Assembly (NCBI GenBank): GCA_030037885.1
Contig: JASHPU010000014.1
Coordinates: forward strand, 15,986 to 79,985
Length of the DNA: 64,000 nt
Direction: 5' to 3'
Source: Xanthobacteraceae bacterium
GTDB taxonomy: Bacteria; Pseudomonadota; Alphaproteobacteria; Rhizobiales; Xanthobacteraceae
Numbering within the stretch: position 1 is the stretch's first letter; each line of letters starts with the position of its first letter. The notes under the pieces are model-generated. The model did not search any database, was not told the DNA's origin, and worked only from the letters and a program-made list of their open reading frames with translations. Of this stretch, positions 47,436 through 59,219 are shown in pieces. A program made the translations under genes and the position numbers.

Positions 47436-49076
47436 ATGCCGGGAATTTTTGAGATGGCTGTGGCCCGAGCTTTGCTCGTTGCGCTGACTTTTGCCTGTGC
47501 CGTGGTGTGCGGCTTGGTCTTCGATCAGGCCGCCGCCGATGCGGCGCCGCTCGACCAGGCCATTGCGCATTTCACGGCGGATGACTTCGACGAGACCCTT
47601 GCCGGGGTGAACGAGGTGGCGGCCAGCGGCAGCGCGCGGGCCGAGATCATCATCACCGCCTTGCAGAACGGCAAGTTGATGTTCAGCGCCGAGAAGAAGG
47701 CCGTCTACATCCAGGACGATGCCGGCAATTTGACCCAGGCGGCAACCGGTCAGACGGTCGGCGGCGCGCCGCCGGACGATCTCGACAACGTCAAGATCAA
47801 CAATCGCCTGCGCGGCATCATTGCGGCGGCGCTCGGCCAGCTCACATTGTTGTCGCGCGATCCGCAAAAGCGCTACGACGCCGCGCAGGCGGTGTTCAAA
47901 TCGCGCGCGGCGAGCGCACTGCCTGCCGTTGAAGCCGCGCTCGCCAAAGAAACCGACGGCCGCATCAAGCGCGCGCTCGAAGAGGCGCGTGCCGCCATCG
48001 CGCTCAACAGATCGGGCACCTCGGACCCCGACAAGCTCGCCGCCATCAAGATCGTCGCCAGGCGCGGCGATCAGGACGCGCTGGCGCTGCTCGCCGATAT
48101 TCCGGCCCATGAATCGCCGGCGGTGGCGCGCGCCGCCAGCGCCGCCATCGGCGGCATCCAGACCAGGCTGAGCGTGTGGGAGGCCGTGCAAAACGCCTGG
48201 TACGGGATTTCGCTCGGCTCGGTGCTGCTCCTTGCCGCGATCGGGCTCGCCATCACCTTCGGCGTCATGGGCGTGATCAACATGGCGCACGGCGAGATGG
48301 TCATGCTCGGCGCCTACGTCACATTCGTCGTGCAGGAGGCGATACGCCGTTACGACCCTGCCCTGTTCGATTATTCGCTAGCCGCCGCCATCCCGCTGGC
48401 GTTCCTGTTCGCCGGCGCCGTCGGCATCCTGATCGAGCGCACCATCATTCGTTTCCTGTACGGCCGGCCGTTGGAGACGCTGCTCGCAACCTGGGGCCTG
48501 TCGCTGATCCTGCAGCAGGCGGTGCGCACCGCGTTCGGCCCCACCAACAAGGAGGTCGGCAATCCCTCCTTCATGAGCGGCGCCTTCGATCTCGGCGGCA
48601 TGGTCATCACCTATAACCGGCTGTGGATCGTCTGCTTCGCGCTCGCCGCGTTCGTGGCGCTGATCGCGCTCTTACGCTGGTCGCGCTTCGGGCTGGAAAT
48701 GCGCGCCGTGACCCAGAATCGCGCCATGGCGGCGTCGATGGGCATCCGCACCAGCCGGATCGACGCGCTGACCTTCGGGCTCGGCTCCGGCATCGCCGGC
48801 ATGGCCGGCGTGGCGCTGTCGCAGATCGACAACGTCAGTCCCAATCTCGGCCAAGGCTACATCATAGACAGCTTCATGGTCGTCGTGTTCGGCGGCGTCG
48901 GCAATCTGTGGGGGACGTTCGTCGGCTCGTTCCTGCTCGGCATCGCCAACAAGTTTCTCGAGCCTTATGCCGGCGCGGTGCTCGGCAAGATCGCAATTCT
49001 CGTCCTCATCATCCTATTCATCCAGAAGCGGCCGCGCGGCCTGTTCGCGTTGCGCGGCCGGGCGGTCGAGGCGTGA
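47436..49076 (+). CDS. urtB: Urea ABC transporter permease with a long periplasmic N-terminal domain
   Basis: The C-terminal half is a branched-chain-type permease (GVINMAHGE...). An N-terminal extension of about 240 aa precedes it. Alternative ATG at 47454. Confidence 0.85.
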   Translation: MPGIFEMAVARALLVALTFACAVVCGLVFDQAAADAAPLDQAIAHFTADDFDETLAGVNEVAASGSARAEIIITALQNGKLMFSAEKKAVYIQDDAGNLTQAATGQTVGGAPPDDLDNVKINNRLRGIIAAALGQLTLLSRDPQKRYDAAQAVFKSRAASALPAVEAALAKETDGRIKRALEEARAAIALNRSGTSDPDKLAAIKIVARRGDQDALALLADIPAHESPAVARAASAAIGGIQTRLSVWEAVQNAWYGISLGSVLLLAAIGLAITFGVMGVINMAHGEMVMLGAYVTFVVQEAIRRYDPALFDYSLAAAIPLAFLFAGAVGILIERTIIRFLYGRPLETLLATWGLSLILQQAVRTAFGPTNKEVGNPSFMSGAFDLGGMVITYNRLWIVCFALAAFVALIALLRWSRFGLEMRAVTQNRAMAASMGIRTSRIDALTFGLGSGIAGMAGVALSQIDNVSPNLGQGYIIDSFMVVVFGGVGNLWGTFVGSFLLGIANKFLEPYAGAVLGKIAILVLIILFIQKRPRGLFALRGRAVEA

Positions 49077-50233
49077 TGCGCGCGGGCTCGCACATCCTGA
49101 TCCGGTCGCTCGATCGCGGCGCGGCCGTCTTTCTGATCGCGGTCGGCGCCATCGCGATCGTCGTGCCGCTGCTCAATCTCGCGCTACCGAATTCCTCGTT
49201 CATCCACGTCTCGACTTATCTCGTGACGCTGCTCGGCAAATACGCCTGCTATGCCATTCTGGCGCTGTCGATCGACCTGATCTGGGGTTATTGCGGCATC
49301 CTGTCGCTCGGTCACGGCGCGTTCTTCGCGCTCGGCGGTTACGCCATGGGCATGTATCTGATGCGCCAGATCGGCAGCCGCGGCGTCTATGCCGATCCGA
49401 TCCTGCCCGATTTCATGGTGTTCCTGAACTGGAAGGAGCTGCCGGTCTATTGGTACGGCTTTCAGCATTTCCCCTATGCGGCTCTGATGATCGTCGCGGT
49501 TCCGGGCGTGCTGGCTTTCGTGTTCGGCTGGTTTGCGTTTCGCAGCCGGGTCAGCGGCGTTTATCTCTCGATCATCACGCAGGCGCTCACTTACGCGCTG
49601 ATGCTCGGCTTCTTCCGCAACAATTTCGGCTTCGGCGGCAACAACGGCTTGACGGATTTCAAGGACATTCTCGGCTTCGACGTGCGGTCGGAGGCAACGC
49701 GCGACGCGCTGTTCGTCGTGTCCTGCCTCGCCTTGATGCTCGGCTTTCTGGTCTGCCGGGTGATCGTCGGCTCCAAGCTCGGCAAGGTGCTGGTCGCCAT
49801 TCGTGACGCCGAGGCGCGCACCCGCTTTCTCGGCTACCGGGTCGAATCCTACAAGCTGTTCGTCTTCACGCTGTCCGCCTGCATGGCCGGCATCGCCGGC
49901 GCGCTCTACGTGCCGCAGGTCGGCATCATCAATCCGAGCGAGTTCGCGCCCGGCAATTCCATCGAAGCCGTCATCTGGGTGGCGGTCGGCGGCCGCGGCA
50001 CGCTCGCCGGCGCCGCGCTTGGCGCGGTTCTGGTCAATTACGCCAAGACCACTTTCACCTCCGGGATGCTGGCGCCGTATTGGCTGTTCATGCTCGGCGG
50101 CCTGTTCATCGGCGTCACGCTGTTGTTGCCGCGCGGCATCGTCGGCACCCTGCAGCATTGGACTGCGGGCAAGCGCAACAGAGCTTCCGCTGCCGCCGAA
50201 GAAGGCGTCAGCGAGCTGGCGGCGGCGGAATGA
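49076..50233 (+). CDS. urtC: Urea ABC transporter permease
   Basis: The ATG overlaps the urtB stop (TGATG). LivM-like permease sequence. Confidence 0.88.
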   Translation: MRAGSHILIRSLDRGAAVFLIAVGAIAIVVPLLNLALPNSSFIHVSTYLVTLLGKYACYAILALSIDLIWGYCGILSLGHGAFFALGGYAMGMYLMRQIGSRGVYADPILPDFMVFLNWKELPVYWYGFQHFPYAALMIVAVPGVLAFVFGWFAFRSRVSGVYLSIITQALTYALMLGFFRNNFGFGGNNGLTDFKDILGFDVRSEATRDALFVVSCLALMLGFLVCRVIVGSKLGKVLVAIRDAEARTRFLGYRVESYKLFVFTLSACMAGIAGALYVPQVGIINPSEFAPGNSIEAVIWVAVGGRGTLAGAALGAVLVNYAKTTFTSGMLAPYWLFMLGGLFIGVTLLLPRGIVGTLQHWTAGKRNRASAAAEEGVSELAAAE

Positions 50234-50243
50234 GGCCCGCGCC

Positions 50244-50993
50244 ATGAATTCTCCGACCAGCACGCTGCTTTATCTCGACGGCGTCACCGTCTCGTTCGAC
50301 GGCTTTCGCGCGCTCAACAGTCTGTCGCTCTTGATCGAGCCCGGCGAAATGCGCGCCATCATCGGTCCGAACGGCGCCGGCAAGACGACCATGATGGACG
50401 TCGTCACCGGCAAGACCCGTCCCGAGAGCGGCGACGTGGTGTTCGACAATGCCCATGACCTGACGCGGCTCGACGAGACCGAAATCGCGGCGCTTGGCAT
50501 CGGCCGCAAATTTCAGAAACCGACCGTGTTCGACAGCCACACCGTGTTCGATAACCTCGGACTCGCCTTGAAAAGCGACCGGCGGGCGCGCGCCGCGCTT
50601 TGGCACCGGCAAACCGCCGAGGAGCGGCACTGCATCGACGACATCCTGCGGACGGTGCGCCTGTCTGCCGTGCGCGACCGGCTTGCCGGCAGCCTGTCGC
50701 ATGGCCAGAAGCAATGGCTCGAGATCGGCATGCTGTTGGCGCAAGACCCGAAACTTCTGCTGATCGACGAGCCGGCCGCCGGCATGACCGACGCCGAGAC
50801 GCGGCAAACCGCCGAGCTTCTGAAAGAGATTCAGCGCGAGCACACCGTCGTCGTGGTCGAGCACGACATGAGCTTCGTGCGCGATCTCAACGTCAAGGTG
50901 ACCTGCCTGCACGAGGGCGCGGTGCTGGCCGAAGGCACGATCGACCAGGTCTCCGCCAACGAGCGCGTCGTGGAAGTCTATCTGGGTCGCTGA
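50244..50993 (+). CDS. urtD: Urea ABC transporter ATP-binding protein
   Basis: Walker A GPNGAGKTT, signature LSHGQKQWLE, Walker B LLLIDEP. Confidence 0.9.
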   Translation: MNSPTSTLLYLDGVTVSFDGFRALNSLSLLIEPGEMRAIIGPNGAGKTTMMDVVTGKTRPESGDVVFDNAHDLTRLDETEIAALGIGRKFQKPTVFDSHTVFDNLGLALKSDRRARAALWHRQTAEERHCIDDILRTVRLSAVRDRLAGSLSHGQKQWLEIGMLLAQDPKLLLIDEPAAGMTDAETRQTAELLKEIQREHTVVVVEHDMSFVRDLNVKVTCLHEGAVLAEGTIDQVSANERVVEVYLGR

Positions 50994-50996
50994 AAA

Positions 50997-51692
50997 ATGC
51001 TGCAAGCCGATTCCATCGATCTGCATTACGGCGCCGCGCGGGCGTTGCGCGGCGTGTCGCTCCGCGCCGAGCCCGGCCAAGTCACCTGCGTGCTCGGCCG
51101 CAACGGCGTCGGCAAGACGAGTCTGCTTGCCGCGCTCGCCGGCCAGCACCCGGTGAGCCGCGGCACGATCCGCTGGGAAGGGGCCGACATCACCGCGCTG
51201 CGGCCGCCGGAGCGCGCCCGCCGCGGCATCGCCTACGTGCCGCAGGGCCGCGAGATATTTCCGCTGCTGACGGTGGAGGAAAATCTCAGGACCGGGTTCG
51301 CGCCGCTGCCGCACAACGAGCGCAGCATTCCGGACGACGTTTTTTCGCTGTTCCCGGTCCTGCAAGGCATGCTGCACCGGCGCGGCGGCGACCTGTCCGG
51401 CGGCCAGCAGCAGCAATTGGCGATCGGCCGCGCGCTGGTGATGCGGCCGCGACTGTTGCTGCTCGACGAGCCGACCGAAGGCATTCAACCGTCGATCATC
51501 AAGGATATCGGCCGCGCCATCGCCTATCTGCGGTCGCTCGGCAAGATCGCCATCGTGCTGGTGGAACAGTATCTCGACTTTGCCCGCGAACTCGGCGATC
51601 ATTTCGCCGTGATGGATCGGGGCGCGATCGTTTATTCCGCGGGCCGCGACGATCTCGATGAGACGGCCCTACGCCGCGCCATGGCGATTTGA
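50997..51692 (+). CDS. urtE: Urea ABC transporter ATP-binding protein
   Basis: Walker A GRNGVGKTS, signature LSGGQQQQLA, Walker B LLLLDEP. Confidence 0.9.
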   Translation: MLQADSIDLHYGAARALRGVSLRAEPGQVTCVLGRNGVGKTSLLAALAGQHPVSRGTIRWEGADITALRPPERARRGIAYVPQGREIFPLLTVEENLRTGFAPLPHNERSIPDDVFSLFPVLQGMLHRRGGDLSGGQQQQLAIGRALVMRPRLLLLDEPTEGIQPSIIKDIGRAIAYLRSLGKIAIVLVEQYLDFARELGDHFAVMDRGAIVYSAGRDDLDETALRRAMAI

Positions 51693-51716
51693 CGAAGCAC
51701 TTACCGGATTTCCCGA

Positions 51717-52550
51717 ATGGTCATGACGAACGCGGCAGTGGATGAAGTCTTTGCCGCGAATCGCGCGGTGGGTCGGATCGCGCTGTCGGTCCGGCATGTT
51801 TCGGGCGCAACCCGGCCCGAGCGCGTGCACGAAGCGGGCATGCTGCGCGTGCGCTTTCCCAATGGCGCGCGGCGCGACGCGCTCGACGCGGTCATTGTCA
51901 ACACCGCCGGCGGGCTTGCCGGCGGCGACCGCGCCGAGATCGTGATGACGGCGGCCGCTCAGGCGCAGCTGAGCGTCACCACGACCGCTGCGGAGAAGAT
52001 TTACCGGTCGCTTGGATCCGAGACGCAGATCACGGTGAAGCTCAAAGCTGGCGCCGGCGCCGCGATCGCCTGGCTGCCGCAGGAGACGATCCTGTTCGAC
52101 CGCATGCGGCTCTATCGGACGATCGACGTCGCGCTTGCCCGCGACGCCAGTCTTTTGATGCTGGAGGCCGTCGTGTTCGGCCGCTCCGCCATGGGCGAGA
52201 GCGTGACGTCGGGGTCTTTTCTCGATCGCTGGCGGGTACGCGTCGACGGCGCGCTGGTGTTTGCCGATGCGATCCGCCTGGACGGCGAGATCGCGCAACT
52301 TTTGGCGCAACGCGCCGTGGCCGCCGAAGGCATTGCTATTGCGACTGTGTTGAAGATTCCCGCCGCCGACGACACCGTCCAAGCAGTGCGCGCCATGGAG
52401 TCGTCTTGTTGCGGCGAAATCGGCGTGTCGGCTTGGAACGGACTGATGGTCGGCAGGCTGGTGGCGCCGACCGATGCGGCGCTGCGCGGCGACCTCTTTC
52501 GTATCCTGACCGCGCTCGGCACTGCGCCGCCGCGGCTGTGGCTGAACTGA
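51717..52550 (+). CDS. ureD: Urease accessory protein UreD
   Basis: UreD-like sequence ([12 protein letters not shown]...) and position directly before ureABC. Confidence 0.85.
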   Translation: MVMTNAAVDEVFAANRAVGRIALSVRHVSGATRPERVHEAGMLRVRFPNGARRDALDAVIVNTAGGLAGGDRAEIVMTAAAQAQLSVTTTAAEKIYRSLGSETQITVKLKAGAGAAIAWLPQETILFDRMRLYRTIDVALARDASLLMLEAVVFGRSAMGESVTSGSFLDRWRVRVDGALVFADAIRLDGEIAQLLAQRAVAAEGIAIATVLKIPAADDTVQAVRAMESSCCGEIGVSAWNGLMVGRLVAPTDAALRGDLFRILTALGTAPPRLWLN

Positions 52551-52554
52551 CGCC

Positions 52555-52857
52555 ATGCAGCTGACCCCGCGCGAGAAGGACAAGCTGTTGATCGCCATGG
52601 CGGCTATGGTGGCGCGGCGCCGCCTCGAGCGCGGCGTCAAGCTCAATCATCCCGAAGCGGTGGCGCTGATTTCCGATTTCATTCTGGAAGGCGCCCGCGA
52701 CGGCAAGAGCGTCGCCGAGCTGATGGAACAGGGCGCCCACGTGCTCACCCGCGAGCAGGTGATGGACGGCATCGCCGAGATGATCCACGACGTCCAGGTC
52801 GAGGCGACGGTCCCGGACGGCACCAAGCTCGTCACCGTGCACCGGCCGATCCGATGA
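52555..52857 (+). CDS. ureA: Urease gamma subunit
   Basis: [35 protein letters not shown] is a canonical UreA sequence. Confidence 0.95.
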   Translation: MQLTPREKDKLLIAMAAMVARRRLERGVKLNHPEAVALISDFILEGARDGKSVAELMEQGAHVLTREQVMDGIAEMIHDVQVEATVPDGTKLVTVHRPIR

Positions 52858-52864
52858 GGGCGCG

Positions 52865-53170
52865 ATGATCCCGGGCGAAATGTTCATCCGCGAAGGCACG
52901 ATCGAGCTCAACAAAGGCCGCAAAACCGTGACGCTCGCGGTCGCCAATAGCGGCGACCGGCCGATCCAGGTCGGATCGCATTACCATTTCTTCGAGACCA
53001 ACCCGGCGCTGCAATTCGACCGCAAGAAGGCGCGCGGCATGCGGCTCGACATCGCCGCCGGCACCGCGGTGCGCTTCGAGCCCGGCCAGACGCGCGACGT
53101 CACGCTGGTGCCGATCGCGGGCAAACGCACGATCTACGGCTTCCGCCAAGCTGTGATGGGCAAGCTCTGA
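52865..53170 (+). CDS. ureB: Urease beta subunit
   Basis: MIPGEMFI...[17 protein letters not shown] is a canonical UreB sequence. Confidence 0.95.
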   Translation: MIPGEMFIREGTIELNKGRKTVTLAVANSGDRPIQVGSHYHFFETNPALQFDRKKARGMRLDIAAGTAVRFEPGQTRDVTLVPIAGKRTIYGFRQAVMGKL

Positions 53171-53180
53171 GGACAAAAAC

Positions 53181-54893
<1,713 letters not shown>

Positions 54894-54908
54894 GCAAGGC
54901 CGGCTGCC

Positions 54909-55367
54909 ATGCTGCGCGCGACCGCGATGAAGCCGGCTGCGGCATGGACGGGCGCCGCGGCCGATCGCGTCGTGCTCGATCACGGCGATCGGCATTGCCG
55001 GCGCGTCACGCTGACCGGCGCCAACGGGCTGGCTTTCGTCCTCGATCTGCCGACGGCGACGCGGCTCCATGGCGGCGACGCGCTGGTGCTGGAGGATGGC
55101 CGCCTCGTCGAAGTCGTCGCCGCGCCCGAAGCTTTGTTCGAAATCCGCTGCGCCGATCCGCAGCATCTCGCCCGCGTCGCCTGGCATTTCGGCAATCGTC
55201 ATGTGCCGGTCGAGGTGCGCGGCGACGCCTTGCGCATCCGGCGCGATCATGTCCTTGCCGACCTCGCAGCAAAACTCGGCGCGCGCGTCGTCCCGCTCGA
55301 AGCGCCGTTCGAGCCCGAAGGCGGCGCCTATGACGATGCCCACCATTATGGCGACGCGCATCACTAG
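54909..55367 (+). CDS. ureE: Urease accessory protein UreE
   Basis: UreE-like core ([11 protein letters not shown]) with a short His-containing tail ([11 protein letters not shown]). Confidence 0.85.
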   Translation: MLRATAMKPAAAWTGAAADRVVLDHGDRHCRRVTLTGANGLAFVLDLPTATRLHGGDALVLEDGRLVEVVAAPEALFEIRCADPQHLARVAWHFGNRHVPVEVRGDALRIRRDHVLADLAAKLGARVVPLEAPFEPEGGAYDDAHHYGDAHH

Positions 55368-55480
55368 ACGGCAAAACCGCGCGCTGCTGCGCTCGCCGCC
55401 GCGCAAGCGCGGCCCGGCGTTGCGGCCCAAAAAAGATTCTCACGAGATTGAATCGATTCGAACGCCGCAAGCTCAGCGCA

Positions 55481-55603
55481 CTCCCTCCCCCTTGCGGGGA
55501 GGGTTGGGGTGGGGGTCGGGAGGTGAGGCGCAAGCGTCGACGGAAGCGAGTCGCCTCGCGACCCCCACCCCCCCTAGCCCCTCCCCGCAAGGGGGATGGG
55601 AAC
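55481..55603. repeat. Composite REP-like palindromic element between ureE and ureF
   Basis: Two inverted copies of a unit of about 40 nt, CCCTCCCCCTTGCGGGGAGGG(T/G)...GGGGTGGGGGTCG, flank a central GAGGCG...CGCCTC inverted repeat. Each unit also forms its own CCCC-TTGC-GGGG hairpin. Confidence 0.85.
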
Positions 55604-55629
55604 TAGACCAAGCGGCGCTGCTTCGCCTG

Positions 55630-56283
55630 ATGACATGGCTGTCGCCGGCCTATCCGGTCGGCGCATTTTCCTATTCGAGCGGCATCGAGTGGGCGGTCGA
55701 GGCGGGCGACATTGCGGACGCGGCAAGTCTGCGGGATTGGCTCGCGATCATGCTGACCGACGGCACCGGCCGTAACGACGCCCTGTTTTTCAGCAAGACC
55801 CATCGCGCGGTGGCGTGCGGCGAGGATGCCGCGCTGGTCGACGCGGCTGAGCTCGCGGCGGCGCTGACACCGAGCCGCGAACGCCATCTCGAGACGACCA
55901 CATTGGGACGCGCTTTCGTCGAAGTGACTCAAGCGGCATGGCCGTGCGACGCCCTGAACAGGCTCAAGCTGCTGTGGCCCGGGCCGATCGCGTATCCGGT
56001 CGCCGTCGGCGCGGCTTGCGCGGGCCATGCCATCCCACTTGCTCCCGCATTGCACGCCTTTCTCACGGCGCTCGTCTCCAACTGGATTTCCGCCGGCATG
56101 CGTTTGATCCCGCTCGGCCACACCGACGGCCAGCGCCTGATCGGCGCGCTCGCGCCGGCCGTGACGGCGACCGCGGCATCGGCCCTTGCGGCGACGCTCG
56201 ACGACCTCGGCAGTGCCGCTTTCCGCGCCGATCTCGCCGGCATCAAGCACGAAACCCAGTACACGCGTTTGTTCCGCAGCTAG
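55630..56283 (+). CDS. ureF: Urease accessory protein UreF
   Basis: [26 protein letters not shown] is a UreF signature. The frame stays open upstream through the REP element, and an in-frame TTG lies at 55504, so the start is uncertain. Confidence 0.8.
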   Translation: MTWLSPAYPVGAFSYSSGIEWAVEAGDIADAASLRDWLAIMLTDGTGRNDALFFSKTHRAVACGEDAALVDAAELAAALTPSRERHLETTTLGRAFVEVTQAAWPCDALNRLKLLWPGPIAYPVAVGAACAGHAIPLAPALHAFLTALVSNWISAGMRLIPLGHTDGQRLIGALAPAVTATAASALAATLDDLGSAAFRADLAGIKHETQYTRLFRS

Positions 56284-56325
56284 GACTTATGATTTTAGAT
56301 CGACTCGAGGCTGATACATTTTTTA

Positions 56326-56346
56326 CCTCTCCCCTCCGGGGAGAGG
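56326..56346. repeat. Small REP-like hairpin CCTCTCCCC-TCC-GGGGAGAGG between ureF and ureG
   Basis: Read directly from the sequence. Related in composition to the 55481-55603 element. Confidence 0.8.
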
Positions 56347-56363
56347 GAGCTTAAGGAGCACGC

Positions 56364-56981
56364 ATGCGCAATCCCAATGGTCCGCTGCGCGTCGGCATCG
56401 GGGGGCCGGTCGGCTCGGGAAAAACCGCGCTGATGGATGCGCTGTGCAAAGCGATGCGCGAGCGCTATCAGATCGCCGCCATCACCAACGACATCTACAC
56501 CAAATGGGACGCCGAATTTCTGCTGCGCTCGGGTGCGCTCGCTGCCGAGCGCATCATGGGGGTCGAGACCGGCGGCTGCCCGCACACCGCGATCCGCGAG
56601 GACGCCTCGATGAATCTTGCCGCGGTGGCGCAGATGCGCGCCAGATTTCCCGATCTCGACCTGGTGCTGATCGAATCCGGCGGCGACAACCTGGCGGCGA
56701 CGTTTTCTCCCGAGCTGGCCGACCTGACGATCTACGTCATCGACGTCGCCGCCGGCGACAAGATTCCGTCCAAGGGCGGCCCCGGCATCACGCGCTCCGA
56801 CCTTCTGGTCATCAACAAGGTCGACCTCGCGCCCCATGTCGGCGCGTCGTTGGCGAAGATGCAGGCCGACGCCAAGACGATGCGCGGCGAGCGGCCGTTC
56901 GTGCTGACCAATCTGCGGCGCGGCGAAGGTTTGCCAGGCATCGTCGACTTCATCGAGCGCAAAGGCGGGCTGGGCTCCTGA
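56364..56981 (+). CDS. ureG: Urease accessory GTPase UreG
   Basis: [11 protein letters not shown]-loop, ESGGDNL, NKVDLAP. AAGGAG RBS upstream. Confidence 0.95.
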   Translation: MRNPNGPLRVGIGGPVGSGKTALMDALCKAMRERYQIAAITNDIYTKWDAEFLLRSGALAAERIMGVETGGCPHTAIREDASMNLAAVAQMRARFPDLDLVLIESGGDNLAATFSPELADLTIYVIDVAAGDKIPSKGGPGITRSDLLVINKVDLAPHVGASLAKMQADAKTMRGERPFVLTNLRRGEGLPGIVDFIERKGGLGS

Positions 56982-57003
56982 GACCATGACTCTCAATAGT
57001 TAA

Positions 57004-57108
57004 CCTCATCCTGAGGTACTCGCGCGCAGCGCGAGCCTCGAAGGACGAGGCCGAGGCGCCGCGGCCTACATCCTTCGAGGCTCGCTTCGCTCGCACCTCA
57101 GGATGAGG
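57004..57108. repeat. 105-bp palindromic REP-like element between convergent ureG and dehydrogenase genes (possible bidirectional terminator)
   Basis: Outer arms CCTCATCCTGAGGT / ACCTCAGGATGAGG. Inner arms GCGAGCCTCGAAGGA / TCCTTCGAGGCTCGC. Both pairs are perfect. Confidence 0.85.
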
Positions 57109-57146
57109 GCAATGCTACGCGTTATCGTCAAACGTCGCTCTGACGC

Positions 57147-58235
57147 CTACGCCGCCAGCGCACGCGCCAGATTTCCGATCACTTCCGCAATATCCTTCAG
57201 CCCGTTGAACCGCGGCGAGCCGGCCATGTGCGGTGTCAGGATGACATTGTCGAACTTAAGCAGCTCGTCATCGGCGCGGCCGGGCTCCTCGTATTGGACG
57301 TCGAGCGCCAAGCCGCCCAGGCGGCCCGATCGCAGCGCCTCGAGCAGCGCCTCGCGGTCGATGAGGTCTGCGCGCGCCACGTTGACGATGCAGGCGCCGG
57401 GTTTCATGAGCGCCAAGCGCTCGCGATTCAAGAAATGCAATGTCGAGGCATCGAGCGGCAGCTGCGGGATCACCCAGTCGCTGTCGGCGAGCAGCGCTTC
57501 GAGCGGCCGATAGGTCGCCTTGAGGCCTGCTTCGTCCGCAGCCGAGAGTCTGGTCCGCTGGAAATAAAGAACCGTCATGCCGAACGCGGCGGCGCGCAGC
57601 GCGATTTCCCGGCCGATCTCGCCAAGCCCGATGATGCCGATGGTGCTGCCGTTGAGCGCGCGCGTGCCGGAGAAGCGTCCCCAATTGGCGCCGGGCGCGT
57701 GGCGCCGGTCGAACGCCTTATAGTCGCGTCCAAGGCCGGCAAGCTGCGCGACGCTGATCAGCCCGGCGAGCTTGTGCACCTGCCGCGACAGCATGAGCAT
57801 CAGCGCGAAGGCGTGCTCGGCGCACGACATATTGGCGCGGCGGCGGATGCCCAAAACCTTGACGCCGCGGGCGGCGCAGGCGGCGACGTCGATATTGCGA
57901 AGCACCCAGCCGTATTTGTGAACGGCTTTCAGATGCGGCGCCAGCGCCAGCTCCTCGGCGCCGATCGTCAGCGTCTCGGTGACGACGGCCCCGGCTTTGG
58001 CGAGGTTGTCGCGCAATTGCACGGCGGAAGAGACCAGCCTCACCTCGCTCGGGAACAACGGCCCCGCAGCCTCTCGGACTTCGTCGCACCAGCCGCGAAA
58101 ATCCGGCAGATCGGGCGACATGAAATCCGCAACCGCCGCCCTTCGTTCTTCCGACGTCGCCGGGTCCAGCACCACGCCGATCAGGCGCGCCCAAACGTCG
58201 TCTTCGACGACGAGGACTGGCTGAGTTGCGCGCAT
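57147..58235 (-). CDS. D-isomer-specific 2-hydroxyacid dehydrogenase family protein
   Basis: NAD-binding GIIGLGEIGREIA and a C-terminal catalytic region (LDVQYEEP...ILTPHMAG). Confidence 0.8.
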   Translation of the reverse strand: MRATQPVLVVEDDVWARLIGVVLDPATSEERRAAVADFMSPDLPDFRGWCDEVREAAGPLFPSEVRLVSSAVQLRDNLAKAGAVVTETLTIGAEELALAPHLKAVHKYGWVLRNIDVAACAARGVKVLGIRRRANMSCAEHAFALMLMLSRQVHKLAGLISVAQLAGLGRDYKAFDRRHAPGANWGRFSGTRALNGSTIGIIGLGEIGREIALRAAAFGMTVLYFQRTRLSAADEAGLKATYRPLEALLADSDWVIPQLPLDASTLHFLNRERLALMKPGACIVNVARADLIDREALLEALRSGRLGGLALDVQYEEPGRADDELLKFDNVILTPHMAGSPRFNGLKDIAEVIGNLARALAA

Positions 58236-58357
58236 TGCCGGGCTCTCGATCGCTTCTCAGCGGCAGCGGCAGCCAGTTTGCATCTGCGCGCCAAAACGGC
58301 AAGCTATATCGGCCGGCGTCCATAGGTGGGCCGAGGCGTTGAAGGAGAGCAGTCTGC

Positions 58358-59209
58358 ATGCCGACCATCATCGACATCCATCCGCACATCGTTTCGCCGG
58401 ACACCAAGCGTTATCCGCTCAATCCGCTCGGCGGTACGCAATCGGCCTGGTCGAGCGAGCGGCCGACCACATACGAAGAGCTGTTGAAGGCCATGGATGA
58501 GGCCGGTGTCGACAAGGCCGCCATCGTGCATTCCTCGACTGCCTACGGCTACGATAACAGCTATGCGGCGGATGCGGTTGCCGCGGTGCCGTCGCGTTTC
58601 ACCGGAGTCTATTCGATCGACGTGATGGCGCCCGACGCGGTGAAGACGTTCGATTATTGGCGCTCGCGCGGCGGCACCGGCATGCGGCTGTTCACCTCAG
58701 GCTCGACGTTGCCGGATCAGGCGACGTGGTTTGTCGATCCCAAGACCTATCCGTTCTGGGAGCACGCGGCGGCGAACAACATTCCGGTGTGCATGCAGAT
58801 GAAGCAGGAGGGCCTGCCGCTGTTACGTCAGATCATGGACCGATTCCCCAAGGTGACGATCATCCTCGATCATCTGGCGCGTGCGCCGTTCGAGGACGGG
58901 CCACCCTACACGGCAGCCGCCGCGCTTTTCGAGCTGGCCAAATACGACCAGGTTCATCTCAAGATCACGCCGGTCAACTGGCAGCCGAAAAGCTGGGGCA
59001 AAGGCGCATCGGACAGCTTCTTCGGCAAGGTCGTCGACAGCTTCGGCGCTTCCCGCATCGCCTGGGGCTCGAACTTTCCGAATTCGCTCGGCACGCTGTC
59101 CGAGATCCTGGCGGCCGCCCGGAGAGCCTTCTCGTTCGCCAAACCATCCGATCAGGATTGGATTTTCGGCAAGACCGCGCTGATGCTGTATCCTGTGTTG
59201 GCGAAGTGA
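58358..59209 (+). CDS. Amidohydrolase_2 (metal-dependent hydrolase/decarboxylase/lactonase) family protein
   Basis: N-terminal IIDIHPHIV motif and the overall pattern of the amidohydrolase_2 family. GAAGGAG RBS upstream. Confidence 0.7.
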   Translation: MPTIIDIHPHIVSPDTKRYPLNPLGGTQSAWSSERPTTYEELLKAMDEAGVDKAAIVHSSTAYGYDNSYAADAVAAVPSRFTGVYSIDVMAPDAVKTFDYWRSRGGTGMRLFTSGSTLPDQATWFVDPKTYPFWEHAAANNIPVCMQMKQEGLPLLRQIMDRFPKVTIILDHLARAPFEDGPPYTAAAALFELAKYDQVHLKITPVNWQPKSWGKGASDSFFGKVVDSFGASRIAWGSNFPNSLGTLSEILAAARRAFSFAKPSDQDWIFGKTALMLYPVLAK

Positions 59210-59219
59210 CAAGGAAAAC

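Noticed and set aside
55069-55629. Upstream extension of the ureF ORF to 55069.
   Set aside because: This part overlaps ureE in another frame and then reads through the REP-like element (…PSPQGGWE…). UreF-like sequence only begins at about 55603-55630.
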